Virus record (IMG/VR): IMGVR_UViG_3300047403_000174
Location: 1 to 26,166 of that record
DNA: 26,166 bases
Direction: 5' to 3' (one strand)
Origin: a virus
Lineage: Duplodnaviria > Caudoviricetes
Made by a program: the position numbers and the translations under genes. Below are positions 16,879 to 25,871 of the stretch, in pieces; position 1 is the stretch's first letter; each line of letters begins with the position of its first letter. The notes below the pieces were generated by a model. That model did no database searches, was not told the origin of the DNA, and worked only from the letters and a program-made list of their open reading frames with translations.

Positions 16879-19800
16879 TCGGGCAGACGTCGAACTTGCA
16901 ATCCGGGTACGCGATCTCGCATCGGCCACGTTCGGCGAGGTGGAGAAAGCGGTCGAAAACCTGACAGCCGCGCTCGGGGACCAGATCGAACAGGCGCGGA
17001 CCGGCAAGATTTCCATCGGCGAACTGCGTGAGAGCTTCGAGAAACTGCGCCAGGCGGAACAGGCGCTTCTCTCGCAACAAGGACTGATCGACCGGTTCAA
17101 CCGCCAAACCGAGAAGCTGAAGCAGGCCACGGCGGCGATCGACGCGAACGCCGCTGCCACGGCCGCGCACGCCGCCAGGTTGAAGGACGGCGAAACCGCA
17201 ACGAAGGCTTGGACCCGGGAGAACGCCCGACTGGAGTCGCAGAGTCAGCGCGGCGCGAAGGCGGCGGCGGAACTGACGGCCGATCTCGGACGAACCCAGG
17301 CTGCGCTACAGGCCGCGGGCGTAGATACGCGAGACCTGACAGCGGCCCAGACGGCGCTCCTGAACGTCTCGCGGCAAGTGGGCCAGGCCAAGACCGTCAC
17401 CAAGGCGGCGATGGACGGCTATTCACGCAACGTCAGGATCGCGCGCGAGGAGGTGCGGCGGCTGGCCGAGGAAGAGCGCAAGGCCGCCGCCGCTGCCACT
17501 GTTGCCGAGCCTTCGGCGGCCACGGCAACAGGGGCGACGAGGCGCCGTGGCCGAGGCGGAGAGACCGGGCTATTCGGGTTGCGCGGGTTCGAGTTGCAGA
17601 ACCTGGGCTACCAGATCAACGACGTTGTGACCCAGCTTGCCGGTGGGACCGGGATTGGTCAGGTCATCGGGCAGCAGGGCGGTCAAATCCTGCAAATCTT
17701 CAACCGTAACCTGTTCGACCTGATCGCGCTGATCCCACGCTTCGCTCCTGCCATCGCCGGTGCAACGGCTGCCATTCTCGCGTTGAACCGGGCCGCGGCA
17801 GACCGGGAGAGCACCCGGACGTTCCGCGCCGACCTTATGGCGACGACCAGCACCGCGGCGATCCAAGCCGAGCGGCTGACCGAACTGCGGCGGGCCGTGC
17901 AACTGTATGGTGTGTCGTGGGCAGACGCCGGTACGGCGATGCGCGAGGCGATCGGGGCCGGCGTGTCGCAAGACCGTCTGGGCGACATGCTGCGGACCGC
18001 CCAAGCGATCTCCGATCGGACCGGCGGTAAACTGCCAGAGATCATGCGCGGACTGACGGAGGGCTTCTCCGGCGGGTATGAAGCTCTCGTCAAACTGAAT
18101 GAGCAGTACCAGTTCCTCGATCGCGCCGCCGCCCAGCGGCTGAAGGCCATGTTCGACGAGGGCAAGCAGGCGGAGGCCAACGCCGAGGCTTATACAATCC
18201 TGGCACAGAAGCAACAGGCAGCAGCGGAGATTGTGAACGGCCCGTGGACTCGGGCGATGCGGGAAGTCCTGGCGCTCGGCGGCGCCCTCAACGGGTGGCT
18301 GGCGAACACCGGACCGATCCAGGCGTACGGGCGCTATCTATCGTGGCTGGCGGGCAGGATTGGGGCCGTGGCCGGGGCCATGCGAGAACTCATCACGGAC
18401 AGCCCGGCCGCCATGGAGAACCGGCTGGCTGACCTGGACGAGCGAATCGCCGGCATGTCGGAACGGTCTACCGGTCCGGTTGGAATGTCTTCCGAACTGG
18501 CCCGGCTGAAAGAGGACAGGGCCAAACTGGCGGCGGCGCTGGAGAGAGCCCGCAAGGAGCCGACATCCCCGATTGTGGGGATTCGGGACGTGGATACGAT
18601 TCGCGCTGACGGAACGTTGGCCGCCCTGGACAGGCAGATCGAGGCGGCCGGAGGGCTGACCGAGGAACGGGAACTGGCGCTCCGGGTCGAGAAGGCCATC
18701 AACGAAGAGATGGCCAAAGGCCCACTGTCGACGGAAGCCAAGGCGGCATTGGAAGACCGCGTTCGGGCGTTGTACGACGCTGAAAAGGCGGCCAAGGCGC
18801 AGAAAGAGCACAACGAGCGTCTGCTGAAGTACGCACGGGAGAAGGCGGAAGCAGAAGATAAAATCAAGGATTTTCTGGAGAACCAGGAGCGGACGCAAGT
18901 CAAACTGGTCGCCAACGACAAGGAACGGGTCCGGCTGGCGGGTCAGAAGGCACGCGAGGAACTGCGCGCGCGAGGCGGCGAGTTCGTTACCGAGGACCAA
19001 CTGAACCTCGCACAACGGAACGCCGAACGCGCGATGCAGGCTGAGATCGACAAGGCGGCGGCGACATCGGCCCGCCAAGAAGCAGCGGCGTCCCTGTCTC
19101 TGTTGAAACAGGCCAATGCGCTGCAAACCCAACTCGCCTCTCTGAGTCGGGCCGGCGGGAACCGTGCGTTTCAAGACCTGGAAAACCGGTTGCGTGCGAT
19201 CGATGATCAGTTCGAAACCCTGACCAGGAACATCGCAGCCTACGAACAGGGCGGCGGCCGGTCGGTTGGCGGACAGTCCTTGGCGGCGTTCCGGGTGGAC
19301 GCTGGCGCGGCGGCAGAGCGGGCCAAGCAGTACGAGACGATCAAGACCCAGGAAGAAGAGGTCAACCGCATCATCCAAGAGCGTAACGTTCTGATTCAGA
19401 CCTACCAGGCGTTACAGCAGACAGGGGCTATCACCCAGACGGAGGCGCTGGAGAAGGTCAAGCAGGCGTACGAGACCTCCACGCCAGAGATCATTCTGGC
19501 CACGGCCAAACTGGAAGAATTGTTGGTGAAGGCGCGCGACACCAGCGCGATATCATCCTCGCAGTTCGATGTCATGACCGCGAAAATCCGGCTGTTCCGC
19601 GCCGAGGCGCAGTACGTCGATCCGCTGATGGCTAGCCTGGGGCGCAACATCGAGTCCGCGTTCAGCGGTTCGATCGTTTCCGGAATGCAGTCCGTCATCA
19701 GTATCATGGCCGACTTCGCCTCCGGGACGGCTTCGGCAGCGGACGTGTTCCGTTCTTTCGGCCGGGCGGTCCTCGGGGTCTTGAGCAACGTTGCCTCGGC

Positions 19801-20338
19801 GATCGCCAGCACCATCGTTCAATTCTACGCGCTGCGCGCGCTATCCTCTGTCGGCGGAGCACTGGGCTTCTCTTCTTTTCTGCCGATGTTGCTCGGACTG
19901 GGCGCGTCGGCCGCGGGCAGTTCGTTTTTCCAAGGCGGAATGTCGTCGCTGAACAACCTGGGGTTCTCCGGCATGCCGTCGGGGTTTCAAGGCGGGTTCC
20001 GCGTTATGCACACCGGAGGCGTGGTCGGAGACGGCGGTGTTCGCCGACTGTTGCCGCCGGGGCTGTTCCTTGGCGCTCCGCGTTACCACGGCGGGGGGAT
20101 GGTAGGCATCCGCCCGGACGAACAAGCGGCGGTGCTTCAGAAGGGCGAGGAGGTGCTGACCCGAAGCGACCCCCGTCACCGAGAGAACGGCGGCGGAGGT
20201 GCGACCGCGATCCGCAATGTGCTGGTCATGGACCCGGCGGAAGTGGCTGGCGCCATGTCCGGCACCGCTGGAGAGCGGGTGATTCTGACCACGATCAAGA
20301 ATAACGCCGCCTCGATCCGTCACCTGGTGCGGTCCTGA
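16871..20338 (+). CDS. tail tape measure protein (1155 aa)
   Basis: Long Ala-rich helical protein with the lambda-type motif LGYQINDVVTQL...QQGGQI and C-terminal MHTGG/RYHGGG...PDEQAAVLQKGEEVL. Confidence 0.95.
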   Translation: MVDRADVELAIRVRDLASATFGEVEKAVENLTAALGDQIEQARTGKISIGELRESFEKLRQAEQALLSQQGLIDRFNRQTEKLKQATAAIDANAAATAAHAARLKDGETATKAWTRENARLESQSQRGAKAAAELTADLGRTQAALQAAGVDTRDLTAAQTALLNVSRQVGQAKTVTKAAMDGYSRNVRIAREEVRRLAEEERKAAAAATVAEPSAATATGATRRRGRGGETGLFGLRGFELQNLGYQINDVVTQLAGGTGIGQVIGQQGGQILQIFNRNLFDLIALIPRFAPAIAGATAAILALNRAAADRESTRTFRADLMATTSTAAIQAERLTELRRAVQLYGVSWADAGTAMREAIGAGVSQDRLGDMLRTAQAISDRTGGKLPEIMRGLTEGFSGGYEALVKLNEQYQFLDRAAAQRLKAMFDEGKQAEANAEAYTILAQKQQAAAEIVNGPWTRAMREVLALGGALNGWLANTGPIQAYGRYLSWLAGRIGAVAGAMRELITDSPAAMENRLADLDERIAGMSERSTGPVGMSSELARLKEDRAKLAAALERARKEPTSPIVGIRDVDTIRADGTLAALDRQIEAAGGLTEERELALRVEKAINEEMAKGPLSTEAKAALEDRVRALYDAEKAAKAQKEHNERLLKYAREKAEAEDKIKDFLENQERTQVKLVANDKERVRLAGQKAREELRARGGEFVTEDQLNLAQRNAERAMQAEIDKAAATSARQEAAASLSLLKQANALQTQLASLSRAGGNRAFQDLENRLRAIDDQFETLTRNIAAYEQGGGRSVGGQSLAAFRVDAGAAAERAKQYETIKTQEEEVNRIIQERNVLIQTYQALQQTGAITQTEALEKVKQAYETSTPEIILATAKLEELLVKARDTSAISSSQFDVMTAKIRLFRAEAQYVDPLMASLGRNIESAFSGSIVSGMQSVISIMADFASGTASAADVFRSFGRAVLGVLSNVASAIASTIVQFYALRALSSVGGALGFSSFLPMLLGLGASAAGSSFFQGGMSSLNNLGFSGMPSGFQGGFRVMHTGGVVGDGGVRRLLPPGLFLGAPRYHGGGMVGIRPDEQAAVLQKGEEVLTRSDPRHRENGGGGATAIRNVLVMDPAEVAGAMSGTAGERVILTTIKNNAASIRHLVRS

Positions 20339-21603
20339 TGCCGCTCGAAAGCATCCCACTGTGGACGACCCGGCCGGACTGGTCCCAGCCAGTGGTCGAA
20401 ACTCTGGAATGGCGGACAGCGGTGCTGTCGTCTCGGACCGGGGCCGAACAACGTCAGGCATTGCGTCTCACGCCGCGGCGCTCCCTGGAGTTCACAGCCA
20501 CCGTGCGGGGGAGCGCCAGGACGTATTTCCTCGGGTTTCTTGATAGGTACGGCGCCTCGGAATTCTACCTGCCGCTGTGGTACGAACCCGGTCAGTTGGT
20601 CCGGTCAGAGCACACAGGATCGCTCGACGCGCTGATCGACCGGGAGTCGGCGGAGACGGCCGCCGGAGAGGCGATCTGTGCAGCGCTGCCGACGCCCTAC
20701 GGGTGGCCGATCGCGCCGGTGTCGTCTGGCGTGGCCAGCGGCGGCGCCACCCGGTTGACGCTGGGGGCGCCAGGTTGGTCCGCTGCGGCGCCCAAAGGCG
20801 CTCCAGTATTCTCCGTTGTTCGTGCCCGGCTGGACACGTCGGCGGTGTCCTGGACCAGGCACACGGACGATCTGGTGGTGGCTACGGTGCGAGCGGACTT
20901 GATGGGCGCGCAGCCGTGGGGAGGCGCGCCGGACCTGGACACCTACGCCGGCCTCCCGGTTGTTGACCTTCGGCCCAATGAGGGCCGGACACAGACCGGT
21001 GCGACCGCGCGGTTGCTGCTGGACTTGGACAATGAAACGGGGGCGCGAACGTGGCTGGACTTGGCGGACCGGGCGTTCCCGACCACCGGGGCGGGTCTGA
21101 CCCGCGTGTTGCGCGGACCGGCGGAGGAGTTGCGGTCCCTGTTGTACCTGCTGCGAGGGCGCGTCGGACAAGCGTGGTTCGCATCGCCGTTGGCCGACTT
21201 TCGGTTGGCGGTGTCAGCCGAGACCGGTGACAACCAGCTTGTCGTCAGCCGCGGTGGCTATGCCGACCACGGTGGCCCGACAGAAGACAACGACAGAATC
21301 ATGGTCCGGCTTCGAGACGGCACTAAATACTACCGGCAGATCACCGGCGCGGCGGTCGTAGACGGGGGCGAGACCGAACTATTGACGCTTGATTCCGGTT
21401 TCGATCTGGGACTCGATCCCTCCAAAGTGCAACGGATCGGGTTCCTCGTTCCAGGCCGGCTGGATCAGGATCGCTTCGAGATCGCCCATGTGACCGATAC
21501 AGAAGGTGTGTGCGAGACCGCGGTGGCGATCAAGCGCGTGCCCGTGCTACGATCGGCGGCAGGGTGGAATCCGCTGCCCTTCCCTGATGACGGTCCGCTA
21601 TGA
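20338..21603 (+). CDS. putative distal tail / tail-tip protein
   Basis: TGATG overlap with the tape measure gene. N-terminus PDWSQPVVETLEWRT...GAEQR.ALR..PRR is typical of this position. Confidence 0.72.
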   Translation: MPLESIPLWTTRPDWSQPVVETLEWRTAVLSSRTGAEQRQALRLTPRRSLEFTATVRGSARTYFLGFLDRYGASEFYLPLWYEPGQLVRSEHTGSLDALIDRESAETAAGEAICAALPTPYGWPIAPVSSGVASGGATRLTLGAPGWSAAAPKGAPVFSVVRARLDTSAVSWTRHTDDLVVATVRADLMGAQPWGGAPDLDTYAGLPVVDLRPNEGRTQTGATARLLLDLDNETGARTWLDLADRAFPTTGAGLTRVLRGPAEELRSLLYLLRGRVGQAWFASPLADFRLAVSAETGDNQLVVSRGGYADHGGPTEDNDRIMVRLRDGTKYYRQITGAAVVDGGETELLTLDSGFDLGLDPSKVQRIGFLVPGRLDQDRFEIAHVTDTEGVCETAVAIKRVPVLRSAAGWNPLPFPDDGPL

Positions 21604-22445
21604 GCACGGCTGAACGGGACATCTCGAACTTCGACGGGCAACCGATCTCGCTGTACGAGTTTCGGCGGACCACGATTCCCACGACCACAGGGGTCCCGGT
21701 GACGACGTACTACCGCTATACGAACGCGGACCAAGACATAACGTTCGACGGCGACGTATATACGGCGATCACTATATCCGACGACGGGATAAAGCAGACA
21801 GGGAGCGAAGTTTCGGATGAATTGCGGGTCACTCTGCCCGCTGATTCCACGATCCCTGACCTGTTCCTGGTGGCCCCGCCGGAGGACCCGATTCACCTGA
21901 CCATCCGTCGCACGCATCACGGCGAGACGGACGCTTTTCTCGCCTGGGTCGGGGTGGTCGCGCAGGCGTCAAGACCGGACGATCTGAGAGCGGTTTTGCT
22001 GGGTCAGACAATCAGTTCTGATCTGAACCGCGGAGGTCTTCGGATGGTGTGGCAACGTGGTTGCCCTCATGCGCTGTACGACAGTGAGTGCCGCGCTGAT
22101 CCCGCAGACTTCACGATCGCTGGAACCGTCGCCGCTGTGTCCGGCACGACGTTGACTGTTACCGGCTTTGACTCTGTCGCAAACGAATGGCTGAACGGAG
22201 GATGGGTCGAGAAACTGGACGGAGAAGGCCATGCTCTCCGAAAAGCGATTGTCTCGCACACGACAACCTTGGTGGAAGTCCTCGGAGTGACCTACGGCTT
22301 CGAGGTCGGCGACCTGGTTCAAGGCTACGCCGGCTGCAACCGGACCCCCACGGACTGTGCGGATAAGTTTGACAACCTTTCCAACTACGGCGGGCACCCT
22401 TATCTAGCGGGAAAAAGCCCGTTCGACGGCGATCCGGTGTTCTAA
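21600..22445 (+). CDS. tail tip protein, DUF2163/BR0599 (lambda gpL-like), Cys-motif
   Basis: PISLYEF, CPHALYDSEC and AGCNRTPTDCADKFDNLSNYGGHP give four conserved Cys. Lambda gpL binds an Fe-S cluster through four Cys. Confidence 0.85.
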   Translation: MSTAERDISNFDGQPISLYEFRRTTIPTTTGVPVTTYYRYTNADQDITFDGDVYTAITISDDGIKQTGSEVSDELRVTLPADSTIPDLFLVAPPEDPIHLTIRRTHHGETDAFLAWVGVVAQASRPDDLRAVLLGQTISSDLNRGGLRMVWQRGCPHALYDSECRADPADFTIAGTVAAVSGTTLTVTGFDSVANEWLNGGWVEKLDGEGHALRKAIVSHTTTLVEVLGVTYGFEVGDLVQGYAGCNRTPTDCADKFDNLSNYGGHPYLAGKSPFDGDPVF

Positions 22446-22693
22446 TGTGGGAAACAGTCCTCATATCGATCGCCATCTCCGTTGTGTCGATGGCGCTGTC
22501 GTCTCTTTTGGCCAAGCGTCCGCAGCAGCAAGGGGTCAACCCTGCTGCGTTTGACGAGTTCGAATTCCCCCAATCGTCGGAGGGAATGCCGCAAATAGTC
22601 GTCTTTGGTGACGTTTGGCTGAAAGATTGGCACGTCCTGTGGTACGGGAACTACCGCACCGAGGCCCTTGTGCACGGGTCGATATCGAAATGA
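22445..22693 (+). CDS. small tail assembly protein
   Basis: TAATG overlap; hydrophobic N-terminus followed by FEFPQSSEG.PQIVVFGDVW....VLWYGNYRT. Confidence 0.75.
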   Translation: MWETVLISIAISVVSMALSSLLAKRPQQQGVNPAAFDEFEFPQSSEGMPQIVVFGDVWLKDWHVLWYGNYRTEALVHGSISK

Positions 22694-22893
22694 CCTATGT
22701 CCACATTCGGCATGTTCGCGCGGCTGGGATATGTTGTCGGGGCGCCCGAGAGTGGTTCGGCCGGCAGGAAGGCTTGACTTGGGCCGAATTTCTGGACCGC
22801 GGCTACCCCGTTGAAGCGATTCGCGCCCGTGGTTGTGCGATAGCAGATCGGGCTGCGAACAAGGCCGAGGAAGAAGCGGCCAATGGGCGGTAA
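22690..22893 (+). CDS. small tail assembly protein (CxRGxRxWF type)
   Basis: Start re-called at the ATGA overlap at 22690; MTYVHIRHVRAAGICCRGAREWF...GLTWAEFLDRG. Confidence 0.75.
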   Translation: MTYVHIRHVRAAGICCRGAREWFGRQEGLTWAEFLDRGYPVEAIRARGCAIADRAANKAEEEAANGR

Positions 22894-23305
22894 AGTTGGA
22901 GGCGACGGGCAGGTAAAAGGGTATAAATACCTTTTTTCAATCCTGATGGGGTTGTGCCGCGGACCGGTCAACGAGGTGGTCGAGGTTCGAGCGGGGGATA
23001 GAACCGCTTGGACGGGCGCAGCGGACGACAATCGGACCGTTCAGATCAACTCCCGCAACCTGTTTGGAGGAGACGACAAAGAAGGAGGTCTTGTCGGCCA
23101 ACTGACTTTCCACCAAGGCGCCGCCAACCAAGTCTTGGAAGACGGGTTCGCCCGTGCGACTCTGACGTTCTCTGATCAGCCGAATGTCGGGGACACGGTT
23201 ACGATTGGGACTACGGTTTTTGAGTTCGTCCCTTGGGCGGCCCCGCCGCCAGACGGGACCAGTTCCGAAGGCAGCGGGCCGGACGGCGGCGAAGCGGAGG
23301 GGTAG
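22883..23305 (+). CDS. tail-tip hub / central fibre protein (gpJ-like), N-terminal segment
   Basis: MGGK...GYKYLFSILMGLCRGPVNE and NLFGGDDKEGG are typical N-terminal motifs. It ends at TAG 23303-23305 in the middle of an inserted domain. Confidence 0.75.
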   Translation: MGGKVGGDGQVKGYKYLFSILMGLCRGPVNEVVEVRAGDRTAWTGAADDNRTVQINSRNLFGGDDKEGGLVGQLTFHQGAANQVLEDGFARATLTFSDQPNVGDTVTIGTTVFEFVPWAAPPPDGTSSEGSGPDGGEAEG

Positions 23306-25500
23306 TGCCGAACATCGAAGTCATGCTGGGCCAGACGACAGTCGAAACGGCGCAAAATCTGCGCCGGTCGATGAACGTCGCGCAGGGGGAAACCAATGTC
23401 ATTGTCTCCGGAGACGTTCTGGTCCTGACATTGGAGTCGATGACGCAAGGCCCTGCTGGCGCGGGCACAGTGGTATCGGTGTCCGGCGCTCAGCCTGTTG
23501 CGTCCCATTCAACCCTGCAGAAAAACAGTCGAATTCGGACGTTGATAGGCGATCCAGTTTCAGAACTACGCGGCGTACTGACCGCGTTTTACGACGGCAC
23601 GATCGGGTCGAATAACCCCTACCCCAAACCGTGGGCGTTCCGGGTTCGACGGTGGTCGGCCGGGTGGCAGGGCGGAACGGCGTGGTACGCAAGCCGGGCG
23701 CTGATCTCCCTGTCCGGTGGGGCGATCAAAGCGATGAACCCCGCGCACATTGTGTACCAGTGTTTGACGGATCGCGCCTGGGGCCTCGGTGTGCCGGCTT
23801 CACAGTTGGATGAAGGGTCCTTCTACAGCGCGGCAAACACGCTGTACGCAGAGGGGTTCGGGCTATGTCTCGCCTGGAACCGACAAACGGACATCGCCAA
23901 GTTTCTCTCCGATGTAATTAATCATGTCGGGGGAGCATTCTACACGGATCGCGCAACCGGGAAATTCGTCCTCCGTTTGATTCGGTCCGATTACGACCCA
24001 AACGATCTGCCGCTGTTCGACTATAATTCTGGTCTGTTGTCGATTTCCGATGACGACAGCACCGCGGGCCAGACCAGCCACAACGAGGTGATCGTCAACT
24101 ATCACGACCCGATCAAAAACGAAGCGCGGTCTGTCCGAGTGCAAAATTTGGCGGCGATCCAGTCTTCAGGCGCCGTGGCCAGCGTGACCGTTGACTATCC
24201 TGGCATACCGACGGCCGACCTGGCGGCGCGTGCGGCGCAACGCGACCTCAGCGCCCAGACCGGAGGCCTTCGGCGGTTCAAGCTGACCTTCGACCGCCGA
24301 GGCCGGCAGATCGCACCCGGCAGCGTGTTCCGCATCAGCGTCCCTTCGCGCGGCATTTCCGACATGGTTATCCGCGCAGCGGCGATCGAAGACGGACGAA
24401 TGACCGCTCCCACGGTTACCGTGACAGGCCTTCAAGACGTGTTTGGACTGCCGGCCGTGGTCTACCTGGACGAAACAGAAGGCACCTGGATAGCGCCGAA
24501 CATCGGGGCCGCAGCGCCGGGAACAAGGCGCTGGAGAGAAGCGGACTACAGGGCCGTGGTCAGGCAACTCAGCCCGGCGGATTTAGCGGTCCTGGCGCCG
24601 GACACCGGTTTTGTGGCCATGGCCGTAATGCAGCCGACCCCTTTATCGCGGGATTACGTATTGGCAACCGCGGCCACGGGGGAGGAGTACGTCGAACGAG
24701 GCGCGTTCGCCTGGTGCCCCACTGGCCGACTGTCGTTTGCCCTTGGCGTTTACGCCGAGACGATGACGCTGCAAGAGGGGGCGTCAGGTCTGGATTTATT
24801 GGGGGTGGTGCCGTTCACGGCTTGGATTGGCAGCGAGACCGTGGCTGTTACGGCTTACGACGCGTCCACTCGGGAGTTCACCATTTCTCGCGGCGTGGTG
24901 GATACTGTGCCTCTTCCGCACAACGCAGGAACGAGAGTGTGGTTCGCCGACCCGGCAACTGGATCGGACGCGCGAGAGTACGCTTCCGGAGAGACAGTAC
25001 GGCTGAAGGCGTTGACACGATCCAGCGGGGCAAAACTCCCTTTGGAAGACGCCTTCGAGGACGAAGTTGATATCGTCGGCCGGCAGGGTCGGCCGTATCC
25101 TCCAGGCAACCTCCGTGTCAACGGCGAGCGGTTCGCCGAGGGCGCCACGGTAACCGGAGAGATCGAGATAACCTGGACGCATCGTGACCGCGTACTGCAA
25201 GCCGACGTGTTGGTGCCGCATGAAGATGCCAGTGTCGGGCCTGAAACAGGCACCACCTACACGATACGACTGTACGACGGTCCGACGTTGATCCGCACGG
25301 CTTCGTCGATATCCGGTACATCTTGGACCTACACCGCTACCATGGCCTTCGAGGACGGAGCCTTCTCGCCTAAGACGTGGGAACTGGAATCGGTTCGAGA
25401 CGGATTTGTATCCGCGCGCCGATATCGTTGGACCGTCGATCACGAGATTTTCGGCTATGGTTTTTCGTACGGCGTGAACTACGGGAGCGCAGGCGCATGA
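23305..25500 (+). CDS. tail-tip hub / central fibre protein (gpJ-like), C-terminal segment
   Basis: NPYPKPW, AMNPAHIVY, AANTLYAEGFG and RPYPPGN motifs, ending in GYGFSYG. The start is uncertain: either GTG 23305 (GGAGG at 23296-23300) or a -1 continuation of the upstream ORF. Confidence 0.8.
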   Translation: MPNIEVMLGQTTVETAQNLRRSMNVAQGETNVIVSGDVLVLTLESMTQGPAGAGTVVSVSGAQPVASHSTLQKNSRIRTLIGDPVSELRGVLTAFYDGTIGSNNPYPKPWAFRVRRWSAGWQGGTAWYASRALISLSGGAIKAMNPAHIVYQCLTDRAWGLGVPASQLDEGSFYSAANTLYAEGFGLCLAWNRQTDIAKFLSDVINHVGGAFYTDRATGKFVLRLIRSDYDPNDLPLFDYNSGLLSISDDDSTAGQTSHNEVIVNYHDPIKNEARSVRVQNLAAIQSSGAVASVTVDYPGIPTADLAARAAQRDLSAQTGGLRRFKLTFDRRGRQIAPGSVFRISVPSRGISDMVIRAAAIEDGRMTAPTVTVTGLQDVFGLPAVVYLDETEGTWIAPNIGAAAPGTRRWREADYRAVVRQLSPADLAVLAPDTGFVAMAVMQPTPLSRDYVLATAATGEEYVERGAFAWCPTGRLSFALGVYAETMTLQEGASGLDLLGVVPFTAWIGSETVAVTAYDASTREFTISRGVVDTVPLPHNAGTRVWFADPATGSDAREYASGETVRLKALTRSSGAKLPLEDAFEDEVDIVGRQGRPYPPGNLRVNGERFAEGATVTGEIEITWTHRDRVLQADVLVPHEDASVGPETGTTYTIRLYDGPTLIRTASSISGTSWTYTATMAFEDGAFSPKTWELESVRDGFVSARRYRWTVDHEIFGYGFSYGVNYGSAGA

Positions 25501-25871
25501 CCGCGACGTACAACCTCTTTGTGCGGCAGGGCCAGGACTTCAGTCTTCAAGTTCGATGGTCGGAGGACGGCGAGGTTGTCGACCTGACCGAATGGTCTGG
25601 CTTGATGCAAATCCGTGCTGGGTCGGCGGCCGGAGCCGTGATCTTTGAGGAGTCCGGCCCTGCAATGGATGCTGAATCGACCTTTGTGGTGGACATTCCG
25701 GCATCGGTGTCTTCTGCCTGGGCGGTTTCCAGTATGTTCCCAACGGTTCAGATCGCAGGTACGACCTGGGTCGATCTTGGCGCCTATGACGTCGAGATTG
25801 TGTCCCCAGGCGGACAAACGATTCGGCTGGTCGAGGGCCGTGTAATGTTGTCTCCAGAGGTGTCGCGATGA
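25497..25871 (+). CDS. small beta-rich virion protein, possible fibre adaptor
   Basis: Start re-called at the ATGA overlap at 25497. Pattern [11 protein letters not shown]...VDLT...MQIR...YDVEI...RLVEGRV.LSPEV. Function is inferred from position. Confidence 0.72.
   Translation: MTATYNLFVRQGQDFSLQVRWSEDGEVVDLTEWSGLMQIRAGSAAGAVIFEESGPAMDAESTFVVDIPASVSSAWAVSSMFPTVQIAGTTWVDLGAYDVEIVSPGGQTIRLVEGRVMLSPEVSR

Noticed and set aside
16671-16964. 97-aa ORF as the gene between chaperone and tape measure
   Set aside because: It is not in the frame reached from the slippery site and overlaps the tape measure gene by 94 nt. The -1 frame ending at 16878 fits better.
23215-23223. T-run GGTTTTTGA as the slip site for the tail-tip frame break
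   Set aside because: A -1 shift here meets TGA at 23221-23223 immediately.
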